Positions 1-10,680 of a stretch of 64,000 nucleotides of DNA are shown here, piece after piece. Within the stretch, counting starts at the first letter, position 1. Each line of letters opens with the position of its first letter. A model generated the notes under the pieces. The model did no database searches. It worked only from the letters and a program-made list of their open reading frames with translations, and was not told the DNA's origin. The translations under genes were made by a program, and so were the position numbers. Location: positions 6,696,001 through 6,760,000 of the forward strand of contig NC_043000.1 of assembly GCF_006345805.1 (NCBI RefSeq), read 5' to 3'. The stretch is from Octopus sinensis. Its lineage: Eukaryota.

Positions 1-34
1 ATATGTATGTGTATGTACGTGTGTGTATATATAA

Positions 35-73
<39 letters not shown>

Positions 74-201
74 AATGTATGTATGTGTATGTATATATAT
101 ATGTATATATATATGTGTATGTGTGTCAGTCCTCCTCCTCCGCCACACACACACACAGAGAGAGAGAGAGAAAGAGACACAGAGAGAGAGAGAGAGAGAG
201 A
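1..201. repeat. Compound (TA)n/(TG)n/(CA)n/(GA)n microsatellite in intron 1 of the VAP gene
   Basis: Dinucleotide runs visible directly; they generate the spurious ORFs 7..315, 35..259 and 126..311. Confidence 0.95.
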
Positions 202-322
202 GTCGCACTTGACGGAACGCCTGAGGCCATCACTCGAACACACAATTCGACAAACCTAAAACAAAAATACGGCATTAAACAAGATCTACCAACTCCCATC
301 GTACGGCACAACTAAATCTTAC

Positions 323-380
323 CTCGAAATCTGAGTTCGTTGTCAGGCTCTAAGATTAGGACCTGCAAATTCTTAGCCAT
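323..380 (-). CDS. VAPA/VAPB: VAMP-associated protein (MSP-domain ER adaptor, VAP-33/VAPA/VAPB family), coding exon 1; the gene continues off the left edge
   Basis: Minus strand ATG GCT AAG AAT TTG CAG GTC CTA ATC TTA GAG CCT GAC AAC GAA CTC AGA TTT CGA G|GTAAGA translates to MAKNLQVLILEPDNELRFR-G, matching the VAP N-terminus (MAKxEQVLxLEPxxELKFRG). It has 58 coding nt, a phase-1 GTAAGA donor at 322 and a good Kozak context (AGAATGG). Confidence 0.92.
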
Positions 381-597
381 TCTTTCAGCACAAGAAATTT
401 GATTTTGGTTATCTCCCACGTTTTACATCAAAAGGGAACGTGATTCTTTATCGGCTACGCATGCGCAGTCCATCGCTTTCACAACGAGGCTACTCAATTC
501 TTCCAGCATTTCATTTATTACGCGATTTATTAATACACTTGGCTAAGGGAGATAACAGTGACGGTCGAAAGGTTGAGTAACGTCCCTTTACATAAAC
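381..597 (-). promoter_or_regulatory. 5'UTR and proximal promoter of the VAP gene, with an NRF1-like motif (ACGCATGCGCAG at 457-468)
   Basis: Locally CpG-rich stretch immediately upstream of the VAP ATG. The motif resembles the NRF1 consensus GCGCATGCGC seen at housekeeping promoters. The TSS cannot be located from sequence. Confidence 0.6.
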
Positions 598-1086
598 TTA
601 GATATGTTTCGACCAAAGATTGGTCCAGGCCATGTCTAACTTAATAGCACCACCTGATAGGATTATTTGAATCCTGTTTAAGTCAAGTTTTGTTTATGGT
701 CCATTCAAGTAGTGAGTTTTTTAGATATGTTTCGACCAAAGATTGGTCCAGGCCATGTCTAACTTAATAGCACCACCTGATAGGATTATTTGAATCCTGT
801 TTAAGTCAAGTTTTGTTTATGGTCCATTCAAGTAGTGAGTTTTTTAGATATGTTTCGACCAAAGATTGGTCCAGGCCATGTCTAACTTAATAGCACCACC
901 TGATAGGATTATTTGAATCCTGTTTAAGTCAAGTTTTGTTTATGGTCATTCAAGTAGTGAGTTTTTTAGATATGTTTCGACCAAAGATGGTCCAGGCCAT
1001 GTCTAACTAATAGCACCACCTGATAGAATTATTTGAATCCTGTTTAAGTCAAGTTTTGTTTATGGTCCATTCAAGTAGTGAGTTTT
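598..1086 (-). repeat. Tandem array of 4 x ~123 bp made of a LINE 3' terminus
   Basis: GATATGTTTCGACC recurs at 601, 724, 847 and 969 (periods 123, 123, 122). The unit contains the RT ORF end (NSLLEWTINKT*) plus the 3'UTR. Confidence 0.95.
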
Positions 1087-1340
1087 TGTTGGGTGAGTTG
1101 TATCCAATTATGGGTGGCTTATCTGGTATTCATTGAAGGAATCTATCCAGACTCCGTTTAAAGTTGATGGGATCCTGTTCCTCTTTGATCTCTTTCGGGA
1201 CAATGTTAAATAGGGCAGGGCCTGTTGAGGAAAAGAAATTATATAAGCATTCGTAAAGCGATTATTCATTTGTTTCTTTATTTATTTTTCTTAGATCTTT
1301 CATTTGAAAGCTATAATGGGAAGATGGTGGGCCCCGACGA
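598..1340 (-). mobile_element. Degenerate non-LTR retrotransposon 3' fragment (CR1/L2-superfamily-like RT C-terminus)
   Basis: Minus translation NFFSSTGPALFNIVPKEIKEEQDPINFKRSLDRFLQ*IPDKPPIIGYNSPNKNSLLEW fits the GPxLFNxxP...FKxxLDxFL..IPDxP end typical of these LINEs, with one in-frame stop. Confidence 0.75.
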
Positions 1341-2284
1341 AAAAGAATATCACAAATAAGAAAGAATTGGAAGATCATTTTGATGATCTCAACTTCTCAT
1401 AATCTAATCGATACAGTGATACAGTGGTGTCAATTACACGACCGAGTGTAGAGCCACGGTATACTTGTTCAACGGATCAACTTGATGTTATGGATTCTTC
1501 TGAGTATTTCTGCAACTCTGTCTCCAAGGACGGGTCCTTAGATTCCGAGATCAACTTCTATTGTATGCAGGACACTGGAGAAACGAATTTCATCAGATAG
1601 AGAATTGTAATGTGAACCCCTGCTATACTCATACTCATCCGAGATATGGACCCCTATATCAACAACACGTGAAAATACTTGACAGATTTCCCCAAAAGTT
1701 CTGAGACAGACATAGCCAAATGTGGCTTGCAGGACTTTTGATTGACACACCTAACATAAAATATCTTGAACTGTATTTGTAGAGTAGCCCACTTATCGAT
1801 GAGCCATGCCTTGTGCAGCCCACTTCTCAAAATAAGTTATCCATAACTGGTTTTAAAAGTACATAAAAACATCAGCTGCAGATCCGTTACACCTGACACA
1901 AAAGTGCTGGAATAAGCAAGCTTTCTCAATGTAGAAGCTCATCTTATCAAATATCATATACGAAGGGTTGGTCACGTCATCTGACTTGGGGGTGTTAGGC
2001 CTTCTGAAGCAACTTTATGGTGAATGGTAAACGTCTCCATCGCATGGAAAAAAAAAATCATAACACTGTAAATCCTTCAACTTTTGGTGTACAAACTGAC
2101 AAAATAGCAAAACATCGTTGGAATTCTTTCCCCATATAGAATTAATAAAAAAAAAACTTCTCATGCTACCAAGCCATACTTGATGACAAGTGGCAACAAA
2201 GAAATATACAGGTGTGTGTGTGTATGCCTGCATGTGTGTTTGTATTAGAAAACCTGTTCTATTTCTTCTTATCACAGTCCTGTA

Positions 2285-3475
2285 GTGCTCCTGTTGGTAC
2301 CTCTGTTAACTGGAAACAGCTGCTGTAATCAACTCATCGAGTTTCTTGAGGACGTTACCCAAATCACTGATCGCGGATCCTGGGTGGATGTTGTTTACTT
2401 GGACTTTGCTAAGGCTTTTAACTCTGTGCCACACAAAAGACTTATGGTGAAGCTTTCTGCGTTGGGTGTAAGAGACAAACTCTATAACTGGTTAAAGTCC
2501 TTTATTTTCGGCCGAAAAGAGGTTGTCACAGTTCTAGGACAGCACTCTTCGCCCTATGAGATGACATCTGGTGTGCCGCAGGGATCTGTTCTTGGCCCCC
2601 TTTTATTTGTTGCATATGTTAATGACATAGATGCCAACTTAAAGAATGCCACAGTGCTGAAATATGCAGATGACATCAAGCTGTACCTCGAAATAAAGAG
2701 GTCAAATCCTATACACTATGGATCTCTATTGCAAGCAGACCTGGACACAATGCAGCAGTGGATCATGGACTGGCAACTCAAGCTGGCTGTGGACAAATGT
2801 ACCACCATGCATTTTGGGAGGAGAAACCCAGCGTCCACCTACTCCCTCCACAACACTAGTCTCAAAAAGTCTTCAAGTGAACGTGACCTGGGTGTTATTG
2901 TCGACAGTGATTTGTGTTGGACAAAACACATCGCTAAAATTGTCAAGAAGGCTGAGGGTGTCTTGGCATCACTCACCAAATCCTTTGTGAGCCGCTCTCC
3001 AGCTATCTATCTGCGGCTTTATATAGCTATGGTAAGACCTCACCTGGAATTTGCATCACCGGTCTGGAACCCCTATCTTGCCCAGGACATCAATTGTCTG
3101 GAAGCTGTTCAGCAACGTGCAACCAAAAGAATACCCTCCATCAGGCATTTGCCATATCCTGAACGCCTTACTTCCCTGGGCATGGACACATTGAAACTCC
3201 GACGTCTGGCAGCTGACTTGGCAGACACCCATAAAATTATCAACCATCGCACAAACAATAACTCTGAGCACCTCTTCAAACTCCACCCATCTAACACCCG
3301 TGGACATATTTACAAAGTAAGAAAACAGCACAGCTCCCATGACTTCAGGAAACATTTTTTCACGCTGAGAGTTGCTGAAGCATGGAACAAACTGCCGGCA
3401 TCGGTTGTTAGTTGTCGGAGCACTGCATCCTTCAAAACTTCCATGCTTCCTGAGATTCGCCAACACTACACTTGA
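2285..3475 (+). CDS. Reverse transcriptase ORF (C-terminal ~390 aa) of a 5'-truncated CR1/L2-type LINE
   Basis: Uninterrupted 396 aa ORF with YLDFAKAFNSVPH, SGVPQGSVLGPLLF, YADD, ERDLGV and MVRPHLEFASPVWNP motifs. No endonuclease domain is present because of the 5' truncation; the GTG start is not a real initiator. Confidence 0.93.
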   Translation: MLLLVPLLTGNSCCNQLIEFLEDVTQITDRGSWVDVVYLDFAKAFNSVPHKRLMVKLSALGVRDKLYNWLKSFIFGRKEVVTVLGQHSSPYEMTSGVPQGSVLGPLLFVAYVNDIDANLKNATVLKYADDIKLYLEIKRSNPIHYGSLLQADLDTMQQWIMDWQLKLAVDKCTTMHFGRRNPASTYSLHNTSLKKSSSERDLGVIVDSDLCWTKHIAKIVKKAEGVLASLTKSFVSRSPAIYLRLYIAMVRPHLEFASPVWNPYLAQDINCLEAVQQRATKRIPSIRHLPYPERLTSLGMDTLKLRRLAADLADTHKIINHRTNNNSEHLFKLHPSNTRGHIYKVRKQHSSHDFRKHFFTLRVAEAWNKLPASVVSCRSTASFKTSMLPEIRQHYT

Positions 3476-3616
3476 TTTTCTCCCCTCCATACACACACAA
3501 GCATGTTCACTTTCCAGACATTTCTACATTACTGCATGTACTTTTATATGCACTTTCTGACAAGTTGTGGTGCACCTGAGCACTGTATACAATAATTTCA
3601 TTATTATTATTATTAT
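2308..3616 (+). mobile_element. 5'-truncated CR1/L2-type LINE with 3'UTR and (TTA)n tail
   Basis: The RT ORF is followed by a ~125 bp 3'UTR ending ...AATAATTTCATTATTATTATTATT. The same 3'UTR recurs at ~37622-37760. Confidence 0.9.
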
Positions 3617-4099
3617 CTTGCACTGAGCAGAAACAAATAATTTGGAAGAACAACCTGCAATTCGAGAAAAATTGAATTACCCATCAGACGGTGAAGCATA
3701 ATGTCTGAAAATTGTGTAAGCTGTTGAAGATCTGTGGTCACATTACACTTTCAAAAGTGGGTCACGTCAGCTACTTAAGGTCACATATCAGGAGACCAAC
3801 ACAAGATGTATACAGCTGCAACAGTCCTGCTGGAGTACACACTACTCTCCTTAATGTCCAAAGGTGTCTTCATCTGCTGCTGGGTTGCAAAATCCATTTT
3901 GAATAACTGCACAAAGCCAGAGCTGCTGTTGGTGCATTTTTTATAAACGACTATGAGCTACATTTATAGGAAATTTAAAACAAAATCAAGACTAGGTAGC
4001 CATGTGAAGACCCAAGGGAGAAAAGTTATCAAACTTTGTTACAAGCATATGTCTGCAATGAGAAAAGAGCTATAACTGAATTTGAATTGACAACTACCA

Positions 4100-4132
<33 letters not shown>

Positions 4133-4135
<3 letters not shown>

Positions 4136-4949
4136 TCTCATCAATAAGTATCTGGATTGTTGCCATAGTAACAAAGCTAAAGCATGCAGAGTGAAGCCGC
4201 TTGTTACAAATAAACCTTGAACTCTGCTGTGCATCCACACTGAGTTTTAACATTTTAGTTCACTTCCACTGTTTACAGCAGTGCTTGGAAGGAAGGTGTG
4301 TAGCATGTGATTGTTGCTTTGACCATGATAGAGAAAGTTGAGCAGAGAATCTGCTTCAAATTTTGCCAAAAGCTTGGTGATACCAGCTCAGAGGCCTACA
4401 CAAAGTTTTCATTGTTCTCGATACAATCAAGGAGATCCTGAAACCTGAGTGTCTTTTTGGTCAACCCAAAGCAGTTTTGGCACAAACTTGGCAGACATGC
4501 ATCTCATACCCAGATCTTCAGTGATAATGGACTGAACTGAACTGTCACTAATCTACACATCCTCTGATATCTCACAGATGGGGATTCAACGATTTGCCCT
4601 CACAGCTGCATGCACATTTGCGATGTTTTTCTCAGTTCTGCTGGTTGTGGGTCTGAACTACTCATACATTTGTGTGCGGCTCATACACTCCTCTCCATAC
4701 ACTTTCTGCAACTTTGTGTAGACATCTGAGCAGGTATCACCATGACAACTTTCTCTGTCATTGTCAATGCAATAATCACATGCTACACACTTTCCTTCCA
4801 AGTACTGCTGTAAACAGTGGAAGTGAGCTAGAACATTAGAACTTACTGTGTATGTACAGCAGAGGTCAATGTTTGCCAAGTGGCTTCACTCTGTGTGCTT
4901 TAGCTTCGTTACTATGGCAACAGTCCGGATACTTATTGATCAGACCTCA
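4133..4949. mobile_element. Fold-back mariner derivative made of two inverted 5' ends
   Basis: 4133-4407 and 4710-4949 are diverged inverted copies. The plus arm encodes MIEKVEQRICFKFCQKLGDTSSEAYTK and the minus arm encodes GDTCSDVYTKLQKVYGEECMSRTQMYE, both mariner N-terminal HTH sequence. Confidence 0.8.
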
Positions 4950-5239
4950 TATATATATATGTATGTGTGTGTGTATAAAATCATCACCATTATCATCATT
5001 TAACATTTTTGTTCCATACTGACATGGATTAGATGGTTTGATCTGGCAAGTTGCAGGGCTGCCTCAAGCTCCAATATAATCTTTGGTGTGGTTTCTGCAG
5101 TTAGATAGCCTTCCTAATCCAAATCGCTATACAGAGTGTACTGGGTGCATTTTTTGTGCCATCATGTCCAACTGGTACTCAAACTTTTGAGATCTTTGTG
5201 GAATATTTGGTGCTAGATGTTCTTTGACTTATCCTTTTC

Positions 5240-5520
5240 CCATTTTCCTTCTGGTGTCCACACCATTGCTGCCATTGCAGGCACAAAGTGTGACATGCCA
5301 CACAAAATCAATGTACTGTCATAAGATTTCATAGTGACTGGAATTTGCTTTGCAGAAGGATTTTCTCATTTGCAATTCTGTCTTTTCAGATGACTTTGAG
5401 GGTGTTATGCTGACATTGTTGATGTATCCTGCTTTTTGACAGCCTTTGCCAACATTTTCCATGTTTTACTGCCATATAGAACTGTTGGTAGGGCTGCCGT
5501 GCTATGTAGTTGAGATCTTC
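5240..5520 (-). mobile_element. Highly degenerate RTE-type LINE RT C-terminal remnant
   Basis: Minus translation contains LPTVLYGSKTWKM...KVI*KDRIANEKIL (LYGSETW...DRITNEEIL pattern) with stops and frameshifts. Confidence 0.5.
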
Positions 5521-5654
5521 ATGTTAGTACTGATGCATTCTCTTCCTACTGGCAAATGACTTTGTGAGGAAACACTGCAGGACTATGGCAAAGAGAAATA
5601 GAAAAGGCTTTGTTGTGCATGCACACACACACACACGATAAAAAACGATAAACG

Positions 5655-5947
5655 TCACCCTTTTCAAGTCTAGCCTGGCTCGTGGGCCCAGTTTCTGTGA
5701 CGTATGTGTTCCCCCCAGCTGGACGGGGTGCCAGTCCATCGCAGCATTACTCAAGAAACAGGAAGAGAGTGAGAGAAAGTTGTGGCGAAAGAGTACAACA
5801 GGGGTCGACACCACCCCCTGCCAGAGCCTCGTGGAGTTTTAGGTGTTTTCGCTCAATAAACACACACAATGCCCGGTCTGGGAATCGAAATCGCATTCCT
5901 CCGACCGTGAGTCCACTGCCCTAACCACTGGGCCCATTGCACCTCCA
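5655..5947 (-). mobile_element. tRNA-derived SINE (family of the 18274 copy)
   Basis: Head GGAGGTGCAATGGGCCCAGTGGTTAGGGCAGTGGACTC...TTCGATTCCCAGACCGGG with A/B-box-like motifs; body colinear with 18274-18560. Confidence 0.8.
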
Positions 5948-6746
5948 CACACACATATACATATATACATATTCCTTGGCTGTCACTTGTAACCAAGAAT
6001 GACTTAGTAGCATGAGAAAAAGTTTCTTTTATATAAGGAAAGAAGTTCAAATGTGTTATGCTATTTTCTCGGCTTCCAGACCAAAATTTACTAGCACAAC
6101 ACCAGCAATAGGTATTTCCGAATACTGTTGTTAGTCCTGGTGTAATGGATCTTTCTCTAACTTTTTTCTCTTTTCTTCCTGTTCTTTCATCCACTTTGAC
6201 TCTACAACCTTTCCTCCTTTCATTAGAACACTCCACTCTTTTAAGCTAACAAGTTCCTCTCTTTATCTGGCTCATTATCTATGGATTGCAGTGAGTCGAC
6301 ACTAAAGGGCTTTTCTCTCCCTAACAATCTTCATTCAAACATTTGTGGATCAATTCTCAATTCTACAACGTAAATACATGCCAATGGAGTCTGTAACCTC
6401 AGCAGAACCTGGAGCAGAGATGCTGGCATCAAACAGATTCTTTGCTGACTTGTATTATCCATTATGAGCTATCCTAAAATACAACAGTCTTCTTAGTTTG
6501 CAATATAATGTCCAATTCTAAATCCCTTATATCAGTTTTAGTTTTTACCAAAATTACTGGCTTCCACTAAGAAAGGCTGAGTAATGGATGTGTGGTAATT
6601 TTTAGAATAAGGCTGCAAAAATCTCATTACTTATTTGTGTGTGTGTCTAGCTTGAAAACAATGCCTCAATGAAATATTCATCCGCCTCCAACAAGCATTG
6701 AAAATGGATATAAAATAAAACAAATATGTATGTATGTATATGTGTG

Positions 6747-6816
<70 letters not shown>

Positions 6817-7262
6817 TAATACAAAATGGGACAAGAACGCAAAGCATCCGAACAACTAGGTGATACAAAAATGGGACAACAAAACATCCAGATAGACGAT
6901 ACAAAGAAAACAAGGACGGGTCATTTGAAGTTTTCTTTCCTCAGTCAAGTACCAGATTATCTTCGCAATTTTGGTTGATTATACTTGAGATTGCTCCAAT
7001 CTGGCCAGCCCCAAGGAAAAACTAAGCTAAGAGCATTAGATTCCTTATTTATTATCCCTTAGATGGTTGTCTAACCTCTAACTCATATATATGTACATAT
7101 ATATGTGTGTGTGTGTGTGTGTGTGTAAACACATATATATGTATATTGTTGACGTCATAAGAAATTATAAACTTTTGAGAGAATGTGAAATAATTCTTTT
7201 TTGGAACTGGATCTCAAAGTACATGAACCTTTATGTGCTATCATGGTCCCATTCCAAAACAG

Positions 7263-7291
<29 letters not shown>

Positions 7292-7294
<3 letters not shown>

Positions 7295-7870
7295 AAGGTG
7301 CATTCCAGAAGTTTTGAGACTTTTCCAAGAGAAATTTATTAATTTCAAAGAAGTACAAAGCCCTAATCTCCATCAAAGAAGGATTCTCTAACTTCAATGT
7401 ACTTGTAGTTCTCCAGCTTATTCGTGAAGGCCTCAAAATTCGGTGCCACACCTGAACTGAAAATATAACTAAAAGTATAGAGGAAAAAATTATATTTAGG
7501 TTACATTGTGGTACACCTAGCATCGTCTTGTGGCACGCCAGTGCATGCCAGCTGCAGAGCACTGATCTAAAGTGAAGATGTCCAAGACCTTTGACACAGC
7601 CTCTTTCATCTTTTCCTTCGATTTGGGGAACAACAAAAAGTCACAAGGAGCAGGGTCTGGATTGAAGAGAGGATGAGGGACATTTTTGATGCTCATCTTT
7701 GTCAAGCAGTTGGCTACCAGGACAGAACTGTGGACTGGTTCGATGTCTTGGTGCAGGTGCTCTGGCCTTTTTTGGTAACATCTTTCTCTGAACTCCCTCA
7801 AAACCTCCACAAGGTACTCTTTGTTGACCACCCAGCCATAAGAGGTTCAGTGAATGTAGAAATGGGGAAT
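7292..7870 (-). mobile_element. Degenerate mariner transposase remnant (catalytic C-terminal part)
   Basis: ORF 7517..7831 reads VNKEYLVEVLREFRE...HLHQDIEPVHSS...VPHPLFNPDPAPCDFLLFPK, a decayed HDNAxxH / HPPYSPDLAPxDFxLF pattern. Confidence 0.8.
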
Positions 7871-8382
7871 CTTGATGATCCCCTGTTTAAAAAAAAAGGG
7901 ATCATCATGAGCTTCTCAGTGGACTTGCTTTGCCAGAAGCTTATCTCATACAAATTAATCCATAAGCAGCCTAAAACATTTAATAAGTTTCCATGGCATT
8001 TTTAACCGGTTTAACACAAAACTTTATTTTATAATGAGCTTCCAAATTTTCTTCTCCTCCTGACTGCATTTTGCAAACTAGTCAGCTGTGACAGTCACTG
8101 TTTAGTAGATTGTGTTCAAAGTCCTGTTAGAGATGTCTTCTTCAATCTGGAATTAAAGAAAAATGTTGGCAGGTCAGCTTTTTTGATATTTTGTAATGAT
8201 ATATTAAAATCACAATAATCTAAGACAGTTATAACTTCCTCTCCTAAAAAAGTTTCAATACTTCTGGAATACACTTCATATATCAACCAGACTGAGATAC
8301 TCTTATACTTTACAGGTCACAATGTGCTTCTATTCTTCCTTTGACTGTACCTTCTCTTCCATTTGAGCAAAAACTTTTTAAC

Positions 8383-8908
8383 TACCGTAAATCCTCGAGT
8401 ATAATCCGCATTTTTTTCCCCAAATTTAAAGGTCAAAATCCTTAGTGCATACTCTATATGAGGTTAAAAATGAAAAATATTTTCTAAGCAATGTCCAAGT
8501 CTCTATTTGCTGTCTGGCAATGTTTATTCAGACACATTTTGGGATATTGGGTGCGAAAATACCTTGAGCTAAGCCTGAAAGCAATGAAGTCATAAAAGAA
8601 TCATCCATAACTTGCAGTAAGCAACATTTATTAAAATAAAAGTATTCAGAACACAGAATAACATGTAACAAAAACAATTTGCAAACATATTTACATTCCC
8701 ATACAACAGTTAAGAACATCACCATTATTGTAATACGCATGCGCAGAAGTGTTTGTTCGACTAGGTGCTGCTGGCTTAATTACACACAACTCAAGTTAGA
8801 GAAGGAGTGTGTATTATACACAAGGTTTAGGTTTTTCAGAGGTACAGCCCCCTAAAAATCCTCTGCATATTATACTCAAGGGCAGATTATACTCAAAGAT
8901 TTATGGTA
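8383..8908. mobile_element. TA-flanked MITE of Tc1/mariner-pogo type
   Basis: Left end TA-CCGTAAATCCTCGAGTATAATC; the right end read as reverse complement is TA-CCATAAATCTTTGAGTATAATC. No coding capacity. Confidence 0.75.
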
Positions 8909-8977
8909 TGTCATCTTTCCATTGTGTTGAAAATCTTCTGAGTGGTCTCTTCCAATTTCTTGTATACCACTCAATGA

Positions 8978-9225
8978 CTGTGGAGGCACATGGCTTAGTA
9001 GTTAGGGTGTTGGACTCATGATCCTAAGCTTGTGGTTCAGTTCCTGGGATGGGCAACATGTTGTGTTCTTGAGCAAGTGACTTCATTTTATGTTGCTCTA
9101 GTCTATTCAGCTGGCAAAAATGAGTAACCCTGGAATGGACCAGCATCCCATCCAGGTGGGGAATATATATGTCATGGAAACCAGGAAGCCAGCCCTATGA
9201 GTCTATATGACTCAGGAAGAAACTT
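8978..9225 (+). mobile_element. tRNA-derived SINE, diverged copy
   Basis: Head TGGAGGCACATGGCTTAGTAGTTAGGG...GGTTCAGTTCC and 3' part CCAGCATCCCATCCAGGTGGGGAA, shared with 18274 and 38245. Confidence 0.7.
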
Positions 9226-10110
9226 TACTGTATTTTTGCTACTCAATAACAGCCAATGTCCATCCAGCATCTCTAAGTCTTACAACACATCTTGCCCAGC
9301 AGAACTTGTGCTCCCAGTGTTCAGCAATTGCATGGTCTGCTCTATTCTGAAATTACCTCATTTCAAATATGCTCCTGTAACAATATCCATAGCATAGACA
9401 ATTGCAAATATGTGACAGAACATACGTATATGCATATATGATTATATATATTCTGTTATGCAGTTACCATTGTCTATGTGTGAACAGAGATAAATATATC
9501 TCGGTAAAGCGAGAGAGAAGACTGAGAGAGAGAGACTGAGAGAGTCATAGATGAGAGAAGCATAAGTAATGAGTCGATGACAGACAGCAGTTGGGAGAGT
9601 GGAAGTGGAAGAGTGGCAAGAAATCAAACTCTGTTATCCAGACTTTGTCAACTTGACCTGTAGGTTGCCATTAAAAATTATTTATTAAGTGCATGTGTTT
9701 GTGTGGTGTGCGGGGGGGGGGGGGGGGGAGTGGTGTGTGTGTGTGTATATGTGTGTGCACACATTGAAAAGGGTATGTGACACAAAATACACGGATCTCT
9801 TCCTTTGGTTACTTGTGCATGCATGTCTATGTCTACAATCTGCCAATAGTGTGTGTGTGTGTGTGTTTGTGGTTTGTGTGTGTCTATAGTCTGTTACTTG
9901 TGCATGTGTATGTATGTGACATGTATGTCCATGTATAAGTGCTGCAATGCAGCAAGCTCTGGTTCCAAAGGACACTTCACTTCCAGTATTATTTTATACT
10001 TTGCCAAAGTGATACTGCTTTATGACTAAGTTCCATCCATATTTACACATAGAATGAAACAAAATAGCCAAGAAGTTCAAAAAGTGTTCTTGTTAGAGAC
10101 TCAGACATAT

Positions 10111-10680
10111 TATTGGGTTGTCCGAAAAGTTCATGCCAATTTTTAAAGGAAAGAAAAAGCTCAATGAATATTCGTCATTACATTTTTAATCAACCAAATA
10201 TGAACCATTTTGTTGCAGAATGCATCTCCATCTTTCCTTTAACTTGAAAATACCCTCTTCCCAGAATTGAGGTGGTTTCATGGCAAAGAGTTCATCAAGG
10301 TATCTTTTTATGTCATCCAAGGAATTGAAATTTTTACCATTAAGACTATTCTGCAGAGACCTGAATAAGTGGAAATCCGAAGGAGCAATATCTGGTGAAT
10401 ATGGAGGGTGGGGTAACACATCCCAGCTGAGCTGCAGCAATTTTTGTCTGGTTCCCAAAGCATCAAGTGCCGAAAATGAACATTTTTATCTTCCATTTTA
10501 AAGGGTTACAGAATTAACACAGGTTATAGGAACATAAACCTTCTTCCACAAAACGATAGCTTAAACTGTGCTCTAAATGGAGGTGTAATCAAATCCTATT
10601 TTATGGACTCAACCATGTTCTAAAATAAGTCGAAAGGTAAGCTACTATATATCGGCATGAACTTTCTGGACAACCCAATA
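10111..10680 (-). mobile_element. Internally deleted (non-autonomous) mariner element with intact TIRs and TA target duplication
   Basis: TIRs TA-TTGGGTTGTCCGAAAAGTTCATGCC and TA-TTGGGTTGTCCAGAAAGTTCATGCC. The N-terminus MEDKNVHFRHLMLWE is fused near 10452 to the C-terminus TRQKLLQLSWDVLPHPPYSPDIAPSDFHLFRSLQNSL...ERW. Confidence 0.92.

Noticed and set aside
598-1086. CRISPR-like or satellite interpretation of the 123-bp array
   Set aside because: There are no unique spacers, the context is eukaryotic, and the unit is continuous with the adjacent LINE ORF end.
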